The notes beneath the pieces were generated by a model that worked only from the letters and a program-made list of their open reading frames with translations, did no database searches and was not told where the DNA came from. From a virus (Duplodnaviria; Caudoviricetes): DNA of 31,390 nucleotides. How positions within the stretch are numbered: the stretch's first letter is position 1; every line of letters starts with the position of its first letter. A program made the position numbers and the translations under genes. The stretch is taken from IMG/VR virus record IMGVR_UViG_3300033489_000043, positions 1 to 31,390 of that record; one strand, given 5' to 3'. Positions 1-9,292 of this stretch are shown here, piece after piece.

Positions 1-1248
1 CTTGCAACAGTAAACCGTCCTGTAAGAAAATCGCTTGACGTTATGACTCAGCATCTGGTGGAAGTAATCCATGATTTGTCATGGCACGAATGGCTGATGG
101 ATGCGAACAAACTCATAGGTCATAAGGACGTTGACGCTGCTATCCGAGAGCATTATGGCGCGCAGACTGTCAGGGAAATCAAGGATGCATTGATCGATAT
201 TGCCAGCGGTAACCTTGCGCAGATGAACGCTGTTGACCGTGGCATGATGCACCTACGAGCCAACATATCAGCAGCGACAATGGGCTTATCTATGACGACC
301 GCATTTCTACAACCTTTCGGATTGTTGCAATCAATGGCGAGAGTTGGTGTTGTTCCAGTGGTGCGCGGCATGGCGCGGTGGGGTGGAGACATGGCTCGCA
401 TGGAAAATACACTGGCCGGAATCAAGGATAAATCAGAAGTAATGCGTCACAGGTCAAAGACGATGAACCGCGAACTTCACGAAATTAACGGGCGACTGGT
501 TCAGGGTAAATCTACCGCAAGGCAGATTTATGAGGCATCTCTGTTTATGCTGATGCAGAAAATGCAGTTGATAGCAGATGTTCCAACTTGGATAGGGGTT
601 TACGAATCACAGATTACGAACGGAGCAAGCGAATCTGAGGCTATTGCCCAAGCTGACCGCGCCGTTATTGAATCACAAGGTTCAGGACAGGTTAAAGACC
701 TCGCACAGATACAGCGCAAGCATCCATTCTTGACGATGTTCTACAGTTACTTTTCCGCGACATTCAACATTGCCGCAGAAAAAACCGCAGCTACAGACTT
801 CAGAAGCCCTGCTCAAGTTGCAGGATGGGTGGCGGATATGGCGTTGCTGGTTATTGTTCCAGCCATTGGGCCAGCTATGATTACCGCATGGATGCGAGGA
901 GAGGACGACGACGATTGGGAAGAAATTGCAAAAAAACTTGCGCTTGAAACAGCTGGATTTACACTTGGCATGGTGGTTGGGTTGAGAGAGTTTTCCGGTG
1001 CGTTGCAAGGGTTTGATTATGCAGGCCCACCAATCGGTCGCGTAGTAACAGACGTTTCGCGTTTTGTTGAAAGATCGCTTAAAGGTGAAATGGATGACAA
1101 GATGGCAATGGACTCTTTACGCGTGACAGGGTCGCTGCTTGGGATACCTTCAACCCAGATCGTGCGCAGCTGGAGAGGATGGCAAGAGTGGGAAGAGGGT
1201 GACACACCGCCTACCGCAATATTGATGGGGCCTCCACGCAATGATTAG
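1..1248 (+). CDS. C-terminal part of large internal virion/ejection protein (5' truncated by window)
   Basis: Frame open from base 1; VIHDLSWHEWL motif and hydrophobic helical C-terminus recall epsilon15/BPP-1-like ejection proteins; lies just before tailspike. Confidence 0.65.
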   Translation, partial: LATVNRPVRKSLDVMTQHLVEVIHDLSWHEWLMDANKLIGHKDVDAAIREHYGAQTVREIKDALIDIASGNLAQMNAVDRGMMHLRANISAATMGLSMTTAFLQPFGLLQSMARVGVVPVVRGMARWGGDMARMENTLAGIKDKSEVMRHRSKTMNRELHEINGRLVQGKSTARQIYEASLFMLMQKMQLIADVPTWIGVYESQITNGASESEAIAQADRAVIESQGSGQVKDLAQIQRKHPFLTMFYSYFSATFNIAAEKTAATDFRSPAQVAGWVADMALLVIVPAIGPAMITAWMRGEDDDDWEEIAKKLALETAGFTLGMVVGLREFSGALQGFDYAGPPIGRVVTDVSRFVERSLKGEMDDKMAMDSLRVTGSLLGIPSTQIVRSWRGWQEWEEGDTPPTAILMGPPRND

Positions 1249-1274
1249 CGTGACACTAATTAAAAGGAAAAATC

Positions 1275-3485
1275 ATGGCACAAATTGACCGAATAAACGG
1301 ACTTGTCGGGAGCATTGCAGTCAAAGCTCCTTGCAGGGTAGCGACAACTGCAAATATCACGCTTGCCGGATTTCAGACTATCGATGGAATTACGCTGGCT
1401 GACGGTGACGACAATCTACGTGTTTTTGTCAAAGATCAGACAGACACTACCGAGAATGGTATTTACGATGCCTCGTCAGGAACATGGTCTAGGAGTGCTG
1501 ATTTTGATGGATCACGAGACGTTGTTACAGGGACATTGATAACGGTCAATGCTGGAACAGCTAATGCAAATACAGCATGGCGGGTATCGACCAATGCGAC
1601 TATCGTTGTAGGGGCAACTGCACTGACATTTTCACAGGCAGTATTTTCAGGATCTGGTAGTGTGGAATTTCTACCAGAAGGTGCTGGTGCTGTTGCCACC
1701 AATGTGCAATCAGCACTCAGGCAAATGGCCATGGTCAGCGTTTTTGACTGGTTTACAGCAGCGCAGATTGCGGATATTCAGGCGGGCACATTGTCGGTCG
1801 ATGTGACATTACCAATACAGACCGCATTGGACGAAATGAAAAGCGGACAGTGCTTAGTCTTTCCTTACGGACTATATAAAGTCACTGACTATCTGTCACT
1901 TACTCTGATAGATTTTGAAATAATGATGCTTGGCATTATTGTACCCACCGGAACACTAAATAATGTAGCAGATGGGCTATTCAATTTTGTCTCCTGTGAG
2001 CACTTTCGTATCAGGCCGAATATCAAAAATGCAAGCTACGCATCCACGATTAACCCCATACGCCTGCAATCCTGCACCGAATTTTACATTGGCGGTGGGC
2101 GGATTGACGTAAAAACATCCGGTATTGACGGCTCGGCAGTTATCCAGATTGCCGCGAATACCCAGGGGGGGGTTATCGAGAAAATGTTCCTGCGCGGCGG
2201 GTATGGTGTGTTGGTAAATGATATTGCCGGCGTGTCTGATATTGACATCCTGAATAACCATTTTGTCGGACAAGTTGCCTATGGCAACGCCGGTCCAGGG
2301 GATGCAATTGAAATCAATACTCCTACAAATGGCTCAAGCAATTTCAACATTATCGGCAACCGCTACACCGGCTACGCCTATGCTGTAGCAGGCAGGTCAA
2401 TCATCAACGGCTTCGCGAATGTGGCCAACGTTATCGCATCCCATAATAGCATTACCGATGCTGTTGGAATGATCGGTTTCCATGCTGAAGATGGATCGAC
2501 AAATATTACCTTCGAACACAATATTATTACCAGCGCGCACATAGGTGTGAACATTGCATGTAACACAGCGGATGATCTGAAAACTATCAAGGTGAATGGC
2601 AATAGCATCGACATGCCAATACTTGATGCCGGGGCAACTTACGCCACTGGCGCCGGGATTAAGGTGTCAACAAATCAGGCTTCTGGCGGCGGTGAAATAC
2701 TCGGATTGGATGTGGTTGGAAATACGGTAACGACATCAGCAGTTGCCAACAATGGAATATTTATTTCCGACCATCGAAACGGTGATATTTCAAGTAATAC
2801 AGTGTCTGGATTTCCCGGTATTGGTTTATCTGTGCATGCTAGCAATTCAGGCTCATCTGGTATTCATCATTCCCAGATTCACGACAATATTTCCACAGGT
2901 AACACCACAAATTACAATATTTCAAAAGGCGCTGCTGGCAGCACATACACCGACGAATTGATATTCAGGGATGTTTCGGTAAAAAACAACAAGGCGGACA
3001 ACCTCGCTTGGACACTTGACTATTACAGTGGCGGTGTACAGGCGTATCCAATATATCCAGCTTCAAAAATTAACCTGACCGGAAATGCTGTATCACTCAC
3101 AGATAACACGGCAACAAAAATATTCACAATCACAATTCCTAACTCATTTGTTGTTGGGCAGGTACGGGTAGATTACAACGCATATAACACCGAGACAGGT
3201 AACAGGGTTCAAGAATCTGGAAGCTACGTGTTTACAATCGGTCGGCAATCCGGTAGTGCCGCCAAGATTGCCTCAAGCGCAAAATTTGCAAATTCACAGG
3301 TCGCTCGTATCGGGGCCGGTGCTCCTACCGTAACGATAACATCGACAGCAGTTGCAGGTGCGGTGGGTGCGACAAACACATTCGATATTCAGTTCACCTA
3401 CAACCTCGGAGCCGTATCGGAAAACAATTGTGAATTCGAGGCGACTTATATAGGCAACCTTAATACGGTTACGCTTGCTCCATAA
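1275..3485 (+). CDS. Tailspike/tail fibre with right-handed beta-helix (pectate-lyase-like) domain
   Basis: N-terminal VKAPCRVATTANITL virion-attachment motif, VSVFDW...D-T-PIQTALD linker, many I-x-x-N repeats; SD AAGGA. Confidence 0.85.
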   Translation: MAQIDRINGLVGSIAVKAPCRVATTANITLAGFQTIDGITLADGDDNLRVFVKDQTDTTENGIYDASSGTWSRSADFDGSRDVVTGTLITVNAGTANANTAWRVSTNATIVVGATALTFSQAVFSGSGSVEFLPEGAGAVATNVQSALRQMAMVSVFDWFTAAQIADIQAGTLSVDVTLPIQTALDEMKSGQCLVFPYGLYKVTDYLSLTLIDFEIMMLGIIVPTGTLNNVADGLFNFVSCEHFRIRPNIKNASYASTINPIRLQSCTEFYIGGGRIDVKTSGIDGSAVIQIAANTQGGVIEKMFLRGGYGVLVNDIAGVSDIDILNNHFVGQVAYGNAGPGDAIEINTPTNGSSNFNIIGNRYTGYAYAVAGRSIINGFANVANVIASHNSITDAVGMIGFHAEDGSTNITFEHNIITSAHIGVNIACNTADDLKTIKVNGNSIDMPILDAGATYATGAGIKVSTNQASGGGEILGLDVVGNTVTTSAVANNGIFISDHRNGDISSNTVSGFPGIGLSVHASNSGSSGIHHSQIHDNISTGNTTNYNISKGAAGSTYTDELIFRDVSVKNNKADNLAWTLDYYSGGVQAYPIYPASKINLTGNAVSLTDNTATKIFTITIPNSFVVGQVRVDYNAYNTETGNRVQESGSYVFTIGRQSGSAAKIASSAKFANSQVARIGAGAPTVTITSTAVAGAVGATNTFDIQFTYNLGAVSENNCEFEATYIGNLNTVTLAP

Positions 3486-3511
3486 CAATTTACTAAGCAA
3501 AGGTTATTAGC

Positions 3512-3739
3512 ATGGAAGATCGCCGCGCACATGAGCGACTTACGTCGCTCGAAGAGAAACTTAAAGAGCATCTCGAAAGTCATGCGAGATTTGAGAGTGC
3601 AATAAATGATATTGCTGAAAACACCACCGAACTGGTGCAGCTTGTCAAAGGGGCTAAAGGGCTCAGATCATTTGTGATATGGGTCGCCCCTGTAATAGCT
3701 GCAATTGTCGCGGTGTGGGCGTGGATTAAGGGGCATTAA
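3512..3739 (+). CDS. Small coiled-coil protein with C-terminal TM helix (holin/antiholin-like)
   Basis: 75 aa; C-terminal hydrophobic stretch FVIWVAPVIAAIVAVWAWI; lysis-cassette position. Confidence 0.55.
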   Translation: MEDRRAHERLTSLEEKLKEHLESHARFESAINDIAENTTELVQLVKGAKGLRSFVIWVAPVIAAIVAVWAWIKGH

Positions 3740-3913
3740 ATGCGCGACGAAGATGCACTCCGCGAGTATCTGCGCAGCCCGCCAAAACGCGCAGAACCTT
3801 TACCAGAGACAGGATACTGTGATCTGTGCGGGAAGTGGGACACCCACCTGATTGAAGGGTGCTGTCCAAGCTGCCGGTCAAAATACAAATTAGTTTTGTC
3901 GGGTAATGAATAA
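3740..3913 (+). CDS. 57-aa C4 zinc-finger protein
   Basis: Hand-translated MRDEDALREYL...CDLC...CPSC...GNE; starts right after the upstream stop and overlaps the next start. Confidence 0.55.
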   Translation: MRDEDALREYLRSPPKRAEPLPETGYCDLCGKWDTHLIEGCCPSCRSKYKLVLSGNE

Positions 3914-4115
3914 AATAGCACGACTGCTAAACGATTTGTTTACAGCGAAAAACGGCATCGATTACTCGCTGACGAAATTACTCGGCGTATCTGCTGGTGT
4001 GGCAATGATCTATAATTTTGTGCATACCGAATCGGGAGATTACTCCGGATTTGGAACCGGTATAGGGCTTGTTATGGCGGCCCTGGCCGCAAAGTATTTT
4101 GCCGAATCAAAATAA
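3906..4115 (+). CDS. Two-TM membrane protein, holin-like
   Basis: Two hydrophobic segments and charged C-terminus. Confidence 0.55.
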   Translation: MNKIARLLNDLFTAKNGIDYSLTKLLGVSAGVAMIYNFVHTESGDYSGFGTGIGLVMAALAAKYFAESK

Positions 4116-4162
4116 TCATTTTTCGCATACTTTGCAGTTCGCGCAATTTTTTGGGTCACATA

Positions 4163-4435
4163 TTAAAATGCAGTAATCATAGCTAATGAGTATGTCAGCA
4201 TCCAAGTGAGATAAGCACCTGAATCTTGCCCGGTCTCCACCGACTGACAAGAAATTATACTACTTTCTCTCCTCTGTTGAGCCATGCTCCTAATCATCCA
4301 GCCAACATTGATTGATATTGCATCTTTAGCCCGCACCGTCTGCTCACGGAGATCGTGTTTCACATCCTCCGCGTGTGGTTGATTCGCGCATCTTCTCTGA
4401 TACGCCAGAATACGGATTCGATCATAACTGATCAC
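4163..4435 (-). CDS. Hypothetical protein
   Basis: ORF at the distal end of the leftward operon. Confidence 0.4.
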   Translation of the reverse strand: MISYDRIRILAYQRRCANQPHAEDVKHDLREQTVRAKDAISINVGWMIRSMAQQRRESSIISCQSVETGQDSGAYLTWMLTYSLAMITAF

Positions 4436-4530
4436 CCATCACCCACATGGCAGCACTGAGCATCGCGAACATGCATACAGTGATTACAATCCCCAATGTA
4501 ATTAGGTATATTTTGTACAAAGTTTTCATT

Positions 4531-4797
4531 TCATTCTACCTTGTTAAGCGCAACGGTTTGAATACACTCCGCTGAGGTTCGATCAAGCGGTAACTCTGTG
4601 ATGTGAATAGCCACTAAACTACTAAGCTCTTTCAGCACTCCCAAATACATGCCATTACGAGTGGAAATAGTCCAAACATAGGAGTCATCTTCACCAATAA
4701 TAACCAGCGGATTCCCATCGTGCATGAAGAAACCGCGCGATCCAGGAACGAATCTCGTTTTATTTGCGATTGCATCGTTTGTAATAGTGATTTTCAT
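4531..4797 (-). CDS. Hypothetical protein
   Basis: ATGA-coupled to upstream lipoprotein gene. Confidence 0.55.
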   Translation of the reverse strand: MKITITNDAIANKTRFVPGSRGFFMHDGNPLVIIGEDDSYVWTISTRNGMYLGVLKELSSLVAIHITELPLDRTSAECIQTVALNKVE

Positions 4798-5129
4798 TTC
4801 TTGCCCCTCTTTGAGTCTGCGTACGCCTGTAATATGCCGTCATGATCCCCACCTTTGCAATGGCTGACCTCATGGTCCATATCCTCAGGCAATGGATTTG
4901 ATAGATGGTAAATATCACAGGTGCCTGTGTCGAAATTTATCTCTGCGCAAGCTTTTGTAATGCCGCCTAAAAGCTTGTAGATTAGCGGCATGTACTTCCA
5001 ACATTTGCCCTGTACGCCGAAAAATGACAGTTCGTGTGTACGGATTTCCAACTCAGGCCAGTCTTTAACTTGAGTGTCTATGGTGGTGCAGCCGGAGAGT
5101 AAAACGGCGATTAGGATGAGTTTTTTCAT
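4794..5129 (-). CDS. Predicted lipoprotein with HExxH motif
   Basis: MKKLILIAVLLSGC signal/lipobox; HEVSH near C-terminus. Confidence 0.65.
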   Translation of the reverse strand: MKKLILIAVLLSGCTTIDTQVKDWPELEIRTHELSFFGVQGKCWKYMPLIYKLLGGITKACAEINFDTGTCDIYHLSNPLPEDMDHEVSHCKGGDHDGILQAYADSKRGKK

Positions 5130-5374
5130 TACCATCCACCGGTGAGGCTGAGTACAAATAACATCATAAAACAAATACCGGCTATCACCAGATGCCAAAT
5201 TGGCCAATCTTTCTCAGGCTCAACGATTGGAGACCATCTTCCTGTCGGGTCGGTACGGTGAAATCTGCCTGGATTATGGGAATTAGCCCACGGTTCATAA
5301 TTGATTTTGTTGTTTTTCACTACACAGTCAATTTTGTTGTTTTTCATTTCGAAATTGATTTTATTATTTTCCAT
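5129..5374 (-). CDS. Small membrane protein with 3x 9-aa N-terminal repeat
   Basis: SD AGGAG; NNKI repeats (27-bp period, about 5294-5374); C-terminal TM. Confidence 0.55.
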   Translation of the reverse strand: MENNKINFEMKNNKIDCVVKNNKINYEPWANSHNPGRFHRTDPTGRWSPIVEPEKDWPIWHLVIAGICFMMLFVLSLTGGW

Positions 5375-5400
5375 TATGCACTCCTAAATTAATAGCTGCC

Positions 5401-5491
5401 GCCCAACCCGAAGTGCAAGGCGAGGCGGTTCAGCGCGGTTTAAGTTTCCTGATCGGGCAGTGCGCCGCCCGCCTTAATTTGAACGTTATGC
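5401..5491 (+). repeat. attC-like site 1
   Basis: GCCCAAC-CCGAA-GTGCAAGG...CCTTAAT-TTGAAC-GTTATGC imperfect palindrome. Confidence 0.75.
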
Positions 5492-5946
5492 CTCTCAAAT
5501 CTCCCCCGTACCGCTTCGCCGCCCATCTTTACGGTGCGGTCGTACAGAATTACGTTTGCCGTCGCCGCGAGGTTCATGCAGCTATGCGTAGGCACGTACA
5601 CCACATCTCGGCACCAAGAAAGAACGCGATCCCCGAGCGTCGCATCCTCGGCACCGAAGATGTAGAACGCCCGTTCCGGATGGGTGTAACTCGCCAAACT
5701 GCGAGCGCCAGGAACCAGATCGACGGCCACCGGTACGCAGTCGTATGGAATCACGAGCCGCAGGTCTTCGGTTTCAATTACGGGCGTCATGCGCCACTGC
5801 TTTTTTACGTCGGTCGGTACGTTCCGCATCCTGTGCCCGGACATCGCAACCATCGCGGCGCCGTAGCATCCGGCAGCGCGCATCACGCCGCCCACGTTGG
5901 CAGCGCATTTCGGGTTGTCGAGTCCAATTGCCGCAAAGCCTCTCAT
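5440..5946 (-). CDS. SpoU/TrmH-family (SPOUT) RNA methyltransferase, cassette cargo
   Basis: LDNPKCAANVGGVMR, FGAED and MNLAATANVILYD motifs; SD AGGAG. Confidence 0.85.
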   Translation of the reverse strand: MRGFAAIGLDNPKCAANVGGVMRAAGCYGAAMVAMSGHRMRNVPTDVKKQWRMTPVIETEDLRLVIPYDCVPVAVDLVPGARSLASYTHPERAFYIFGAEDATLGDRVLSWCRDVVYVPTHSCMNLAATANVILYDRTVKMGGEAVRGRFERHNVQIKAGGALPDQET

Positions 5947-6289
5947 GTCGTTTCTCCTGTGTCGCAAGGCATAACCCTGCGGTCAACCGGAGCTTCGCGA
6001 TAAGGCCGCGAAGCCCGGTTACCTTGAACGTTAGGGGTCAACCCACGGACGGCGGCACTCAGCACGTCACGGTGTAGATAGTCGGCAATTCCATCTCCGT
6101 AATACAGGCGCGTTCCGTATGGCTGCTTATCCCAAAACTCAGTTGCCTTTAGCAACCCCTCAAGGCCGTGCGCGCCCTTGAATACTCCAAGCTTCGTCAG
6201 GGTATCGGCGGCGGTGAGCGCAACCCCTACCCAGCGTTCGAGTCAGACAGCCCGACATTTGCTTCTTTATCGCTCAATGGTGTTTCCAT
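5943..6289 (-). pseudogene. Cassette gene frameshifted by 1-nt deletion in attC core
   Basis: GGAG+ATG at 6289 inside site 3 reaches TAG at codon 21; restoring one T (GTTAGGGG) joins it in frame to LLKATEFWDKQ... Confidence 0.6.
5969..6036 (+). repeat. attC-like site 2
   Basis: GCATAAC-CCTGC-GGTCAACC...GGTTACC-TTGAAC-GTTAGGG, canonical R''/L''/L'/R' layout. Confidence 0.9.
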
Positions 6290-6346
6290 GTTAATCGCTC
6301 CGTTTCAAGTTTGGTGGCCGGGCTGCTGCTCAACTCTACGTTGTGC
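6224..6346 (+). repeat. attC-like site 3 (R'' lost one A)
   Basis: CCCCTAC-CCAGC-GTTCGAGT...GCTCAAC-TCTAC-GTTGTGC. Confidence 0.8.
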
Positions 6347-6594
6347 GTCAAAGGACTGTCAGTGAATCCGAACGGCCCAAAGTTTTCTATCAAAACAATA
6401 TGCGTGTCCCAACCAATTCTTTTATCAATACCTATTCCGTACTTCTCTACACGTACCATGCTCGTGGTTACTATAGGGCCAAAGTCTTTCCATTCTTCAT
6501 TTATGTGTGCCGCAACAGCGTCGGCTGTCGCATCAATTTTGGCAACCGTAAGCATGCTTTCGGCAAGACCTCCTCGGTGCGAGCGTATTTTCAT
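6274..6594 (-). CDS. Hypothetical protein, cassette cargo
   Basis: SD GGAG; reads into site 3 (HNVELSSSP) and stops in its loop. Confidence 0.7.
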   Translation of the reverse strand: MKIRSHRGGLAESMLTVAKIDATADAVAAHINEEWKDFGPIVTTSMVRVEKYGIGIDKRIGWDTHIVLIENFGPFGFTDSPLTHNVELSSSPATKLETERLTWKHH

Positions 6595-6619
6595 ATTATT
6601 TTCACTCCGTAGTATTGAC

Positions 6620-6724
6620 GCACAACCCGGCGTTCGAGCGCACGGGCAACGGCGCGGCTTCTTTCACAGTTTCATTCATGGTTTCTCCTCGCGCCGTTAC
6701 CCGGCGCTCAACTATTCGTCAGCA
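6620..6724 (+). repeat. attC-like site 4 (R' GTC variant)
   Basis: GCACAAC-CCGGC-GTTCGAGC...GCTCAAC-TATTC-GTCAGCA. Confidence 0.8.
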
Positions 6725-6992
6725 CCCAGCCCCGCGTGTGCTCTCGTACCACGTAGCGCAGTATCCCGTCAGTTTTCATCCTGTCGGCAAACCTGCTTGC
6801 GGCCAGCGCAGCGCCCTGACGTTTCATGTGGTGGTTCGGCCAAATCGCATCCGCAATCTGGCTGGCCAGTACCGGAGATGCCCCGCGCAACGCCTCCATC
6901 ACGCGCTCACATGCATCCTGGTAGCTCACAACTTTTTCGCCCGTTTTTCTGTTCAATTTTCTCTCCGTTGATCGTGACTCACAACCATACAA
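6708..6992 (-). CDS. Hypothetical protein, possible winged helix; start uncertain
   Basis: ORF fills the space between sites 4 and 5. Confidence 0.5.
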   Translation of the reverse strand: MYGCESRSTERKLNRKTGEKVVSYQDACERVMEALRGASPVLASQIADAIWPNHHMKRQGAALAASRFADRMKTDGILRYVVREHTRGWVLTNS

Positions 6993-7039
6993 TCCAGCGG
7001 AAGCCGCAAAAGCGCGACCCCCTCATTTACACGTTAGAG
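6979..7039 (+). repeat. attC-like site 5
   Basis: TCACAAC-CATAC-AATCCAGC...CCTCATT-TACAC-GTTAGAG. Confidence 0.65.
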
Positions 7040-7119
7040 CGCATGTTCCATCGCTCACAAACTAACTTTATTTTTCGTAATTAATACACTTGTAAATTTT
7101 ACGGGTGCGGTAAAATAAA

Positions 7120-7533
7120 TCAAAAAGGTATGTCATCGTCGAAATCATCAAACGAAGCTGGTTTAGCAGGTTTCGCCTTGGCGGCATTTTCATTAACTTC
7201 GCTGTGCGAGTCTTTTGGTGTGTCTTTTTTTCCTCCCAACAAAGTCAGGTCGTTAACTCGCACATCCAGCGATACGCCTTTTCCGCCGTCTCTCTGGTCG
7301 TAGCTACGCAATGTCACCTCTCCGCTTATTCCGACGAGCTGTCCTTTTCCTAGGTACGGGAGCACCGATTCGCCGCGCTTGCCAAACATGGCACAATTAG
7401 CCCACGTAGTTTTCTCTTTATCGCCATAACCAGACTTTACGGCTACGCTGAAAGATACTATGCTATCTCCGCCAGTGGTGAAGCGCTGCTCGGCTGCGTT
7501 GCCTAGATTTCCTGTGAATGAGAATATGTTAAT
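7120..7533 (-). CDS. ssb: Single-stranded DNA-binding protein, apparent ATT start
   Basis: (I)NIFSFTGNLG N-terminus, YLGKGQLVGISG, DDFDDDIPF acidic tail. Confidence 0.9.
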   Translation of the reverse strand: MNIFSFTGNLGNAAEQRFTTGGDSIVSFSVAVKSGYGDKEKTTWANCAMFGKRGESVLPYLGKGQLVGISGEVTLRSYDQRDGGKGVSLDVRVNDLTLLGGKKDTPKDSHSEVNENAAKAKPAKPASFDDFDDDIPF

Positions 7534-9292
7534 TTTTTGTTCCTACCTTTCTGTTTTCAAATTGAATGTCGCCCGCAAATTCTGCCAAAATCCATTCAAG
7601 AGCGGTTTGCTCACTAATGTCGAATACATCCGCCAGCAGTAACAGCAATTCTTTGCGTGTCGGGCGAAGGTTACGCGCTGCGTTCGCATCTGCCACGGCT
7701 TTATCGGAAAGCACGGCAGGAGCTTTTGCCGATTCCGCAATCTGCGCATCTGCTTCGCGTTCTGCGGCAAGGATAGCCAAAGCTTCGGCCTGTGCCTTTG
7801 CGGTGGCTTTGCGCTCTTCCTCGCGCTCTATGCGCATCTTCTCCATCGCATCGGACTGCGCCTTAGCTTCCTCTTCCGCCCGGATGCGCAGACGCTCTTC
7901 TTCCAACTTTTCGGCGGCTTCCTTTTCGGCCTTGGTCTTGGCTTCGGCTTCCATGCTGGCGCGCTGGGCTTCAACGTCGGCCTTTTGCTTCTCGATCCGG
8001 CTGGTGATGGTCAGGGTGAAATCTTCCATTGGCTTTGACATCAGTGTTTGCAGGTCAGGAAATAGCGCGCTTTGACCGGCTGCATTTTCTTTACACCATG
8101 CTAACTTTTCTCGCACGTCCTTAACTGCCTCGGCGGCGGCAAATTTCCCATCACGAAGCGCGGTATCTACTGCATCTTGCATGGCCGACAGCTTTTTCAG
8201 CCCCTTCATTGCACCTGGAAAGTCTGGGTGTTGAGCAACTAGGCGGATCGGCTTAATCTCGGCTTCCAGCGCGGAGAAGTATTCATTGAAGTCCGCGCGA
8301 GCTTTCAGGACAATTGCCTCTTTTCTGGATTCCTTTTCACTTTTCACCAGTTTATCCAGCATCAAGCGCTTGTCGGCAAGCTGTTTCTTGATGTGGTCGA
8401 GCGTGCGCACCACTTCATCCACGGTGGACATCTGCGCAAGTACGCTGGCCTTTGTCGCTTCCAGGTTGCCTTCGGCTTCTTTGCAGAATTTCACCGTTGA
8501 TTCAGCATCTGCAAAATCCTGATCCGTGGTCAATTCTGTTTTGATATTGGCGATGAACGTGGTGGCCGCTTCCCTGAATTCCGCAAGGTTGCTGGCTGTC
8601 ACCATGCCAGTTGCCTGCACGAATACGGCTGGAAGGGCTTTGATGGCTTCGGCTTGCGGCGCTTCCTTTTGTTGCATGATCTCGCCTGCGGCCAGTTTGC
8701 GCTTGTATTCTTCAACATCCTTTTTGAATTGAATCCAGCCGGCGCCGATGCGTTTGCGCAGTTCAGGATTCGGGTAGTACCAGCAATGCAACTCTTCGAT
8801 CAGATTTCCATCTTTATCCCACTTGGACGCCATGAACAAGCATTTCTCGCCTTCGCATACCTCTGCTTGGTGTTCCATTTGAACCTGATGCTCTTCGGGT
8901 AGGTCGGCTCCGGTAACGCCCTCGCGCGACAAAACTTCGCGCAGTTCTTCGTTGAGCGATTTGTGCTCAAACCAGACAGACTGGCCGTAGGTTATACCGT
9001 CGAAGCTGGCTGAATATTCATCGCGCGCGCCAGTCACAGGTGAAAGCTCATCGCCGATGATCTCTTCGGCCAACGGGCGGGCCATCGACTCGAAGCGGTG
9101 TCCATCATTGAATCGGCGCTGAGTTGCGTCGTCAACCTCTTGAATGATGCCGGTTGCGCGCTCTTTGATAAACTGGCTGCGCGCCTTGTGTTTGCTGATT
9201 CCGAGCATGGTTGGAGCATCGCTGGCGTTGAATGCGGTGGCGCGGTGGGTGTGCCATTCCGGGCTTCCTTGTACGAGGTTCAGGATTTTCAT
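7529..9292 (-). CDS. YqaJ/lambda-Exo-like exonuclease with long coiled-coil C-terminus
   Basis: MKILNLVQGSPEWH, ASFDG, FEHKS, HQVQMEHQ motifs; ATGA overlap with bet. Confidence 0.88.
   Translation of the reverse strand: MKILNLVQGSPEWHTHRATAFNASDAPTMLGISKHKARSQFIKERATGIIQEVDDATQRRFNDGHRFESMARPLAEEIIGDELSPVTGARDEYSASFDGITYGQSVWFEHKSLNEELREVLSREGVTGADLPEEHQVQMEHQAEVCEGEKCLFMASKWDKDGNLIEELHCWYYPNPELRKRIGAGWIQFKKDVEEYKRKLAAGEIMQQKEAPQAEAIKALPAVFVQATGMVTASNLAEFREAATTFIANIKTELTTDQDFADAESTVKFCKEAEGNLEATKASVLAQMSTVDEVVRTLDHIKKQLADKRLMLDKLVKSEKESRKEAIVLKARADFNEYFSALEAEIKPIRLVAQHPDFPGAMKGLKKLSAMQDAVDTALRDGKFAAAEAVKDVREKLAWCKENAAGQSALFPDLQTLMSKPMEDFTLTITSRIEKQKADVEAQRASMEAEAKTKAEKEAAEKLEEERLRIRAEEEAKAQSDAMEKMRIEREEERKATAKAQAEALAILAAEREADAQIAESAKAPAVLSDKAVADANAARNLRPTRKELLLLLADVFDISEQTALEWILAEFAGDIQFENRKVGTKN

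Noticed and set aside
1275-3485. Diversity-generating retroelement acting on the tail gene
   Set aside because: No reverse transcriptase or template/variable repeat pair noticed in the window
7101-7116. ACGGGTGCGGTAAAAT matching 21710-21725 at 15/16
   Set aside because: A rough estimate suggests a few such matches by chance in 31 kb; no shared context
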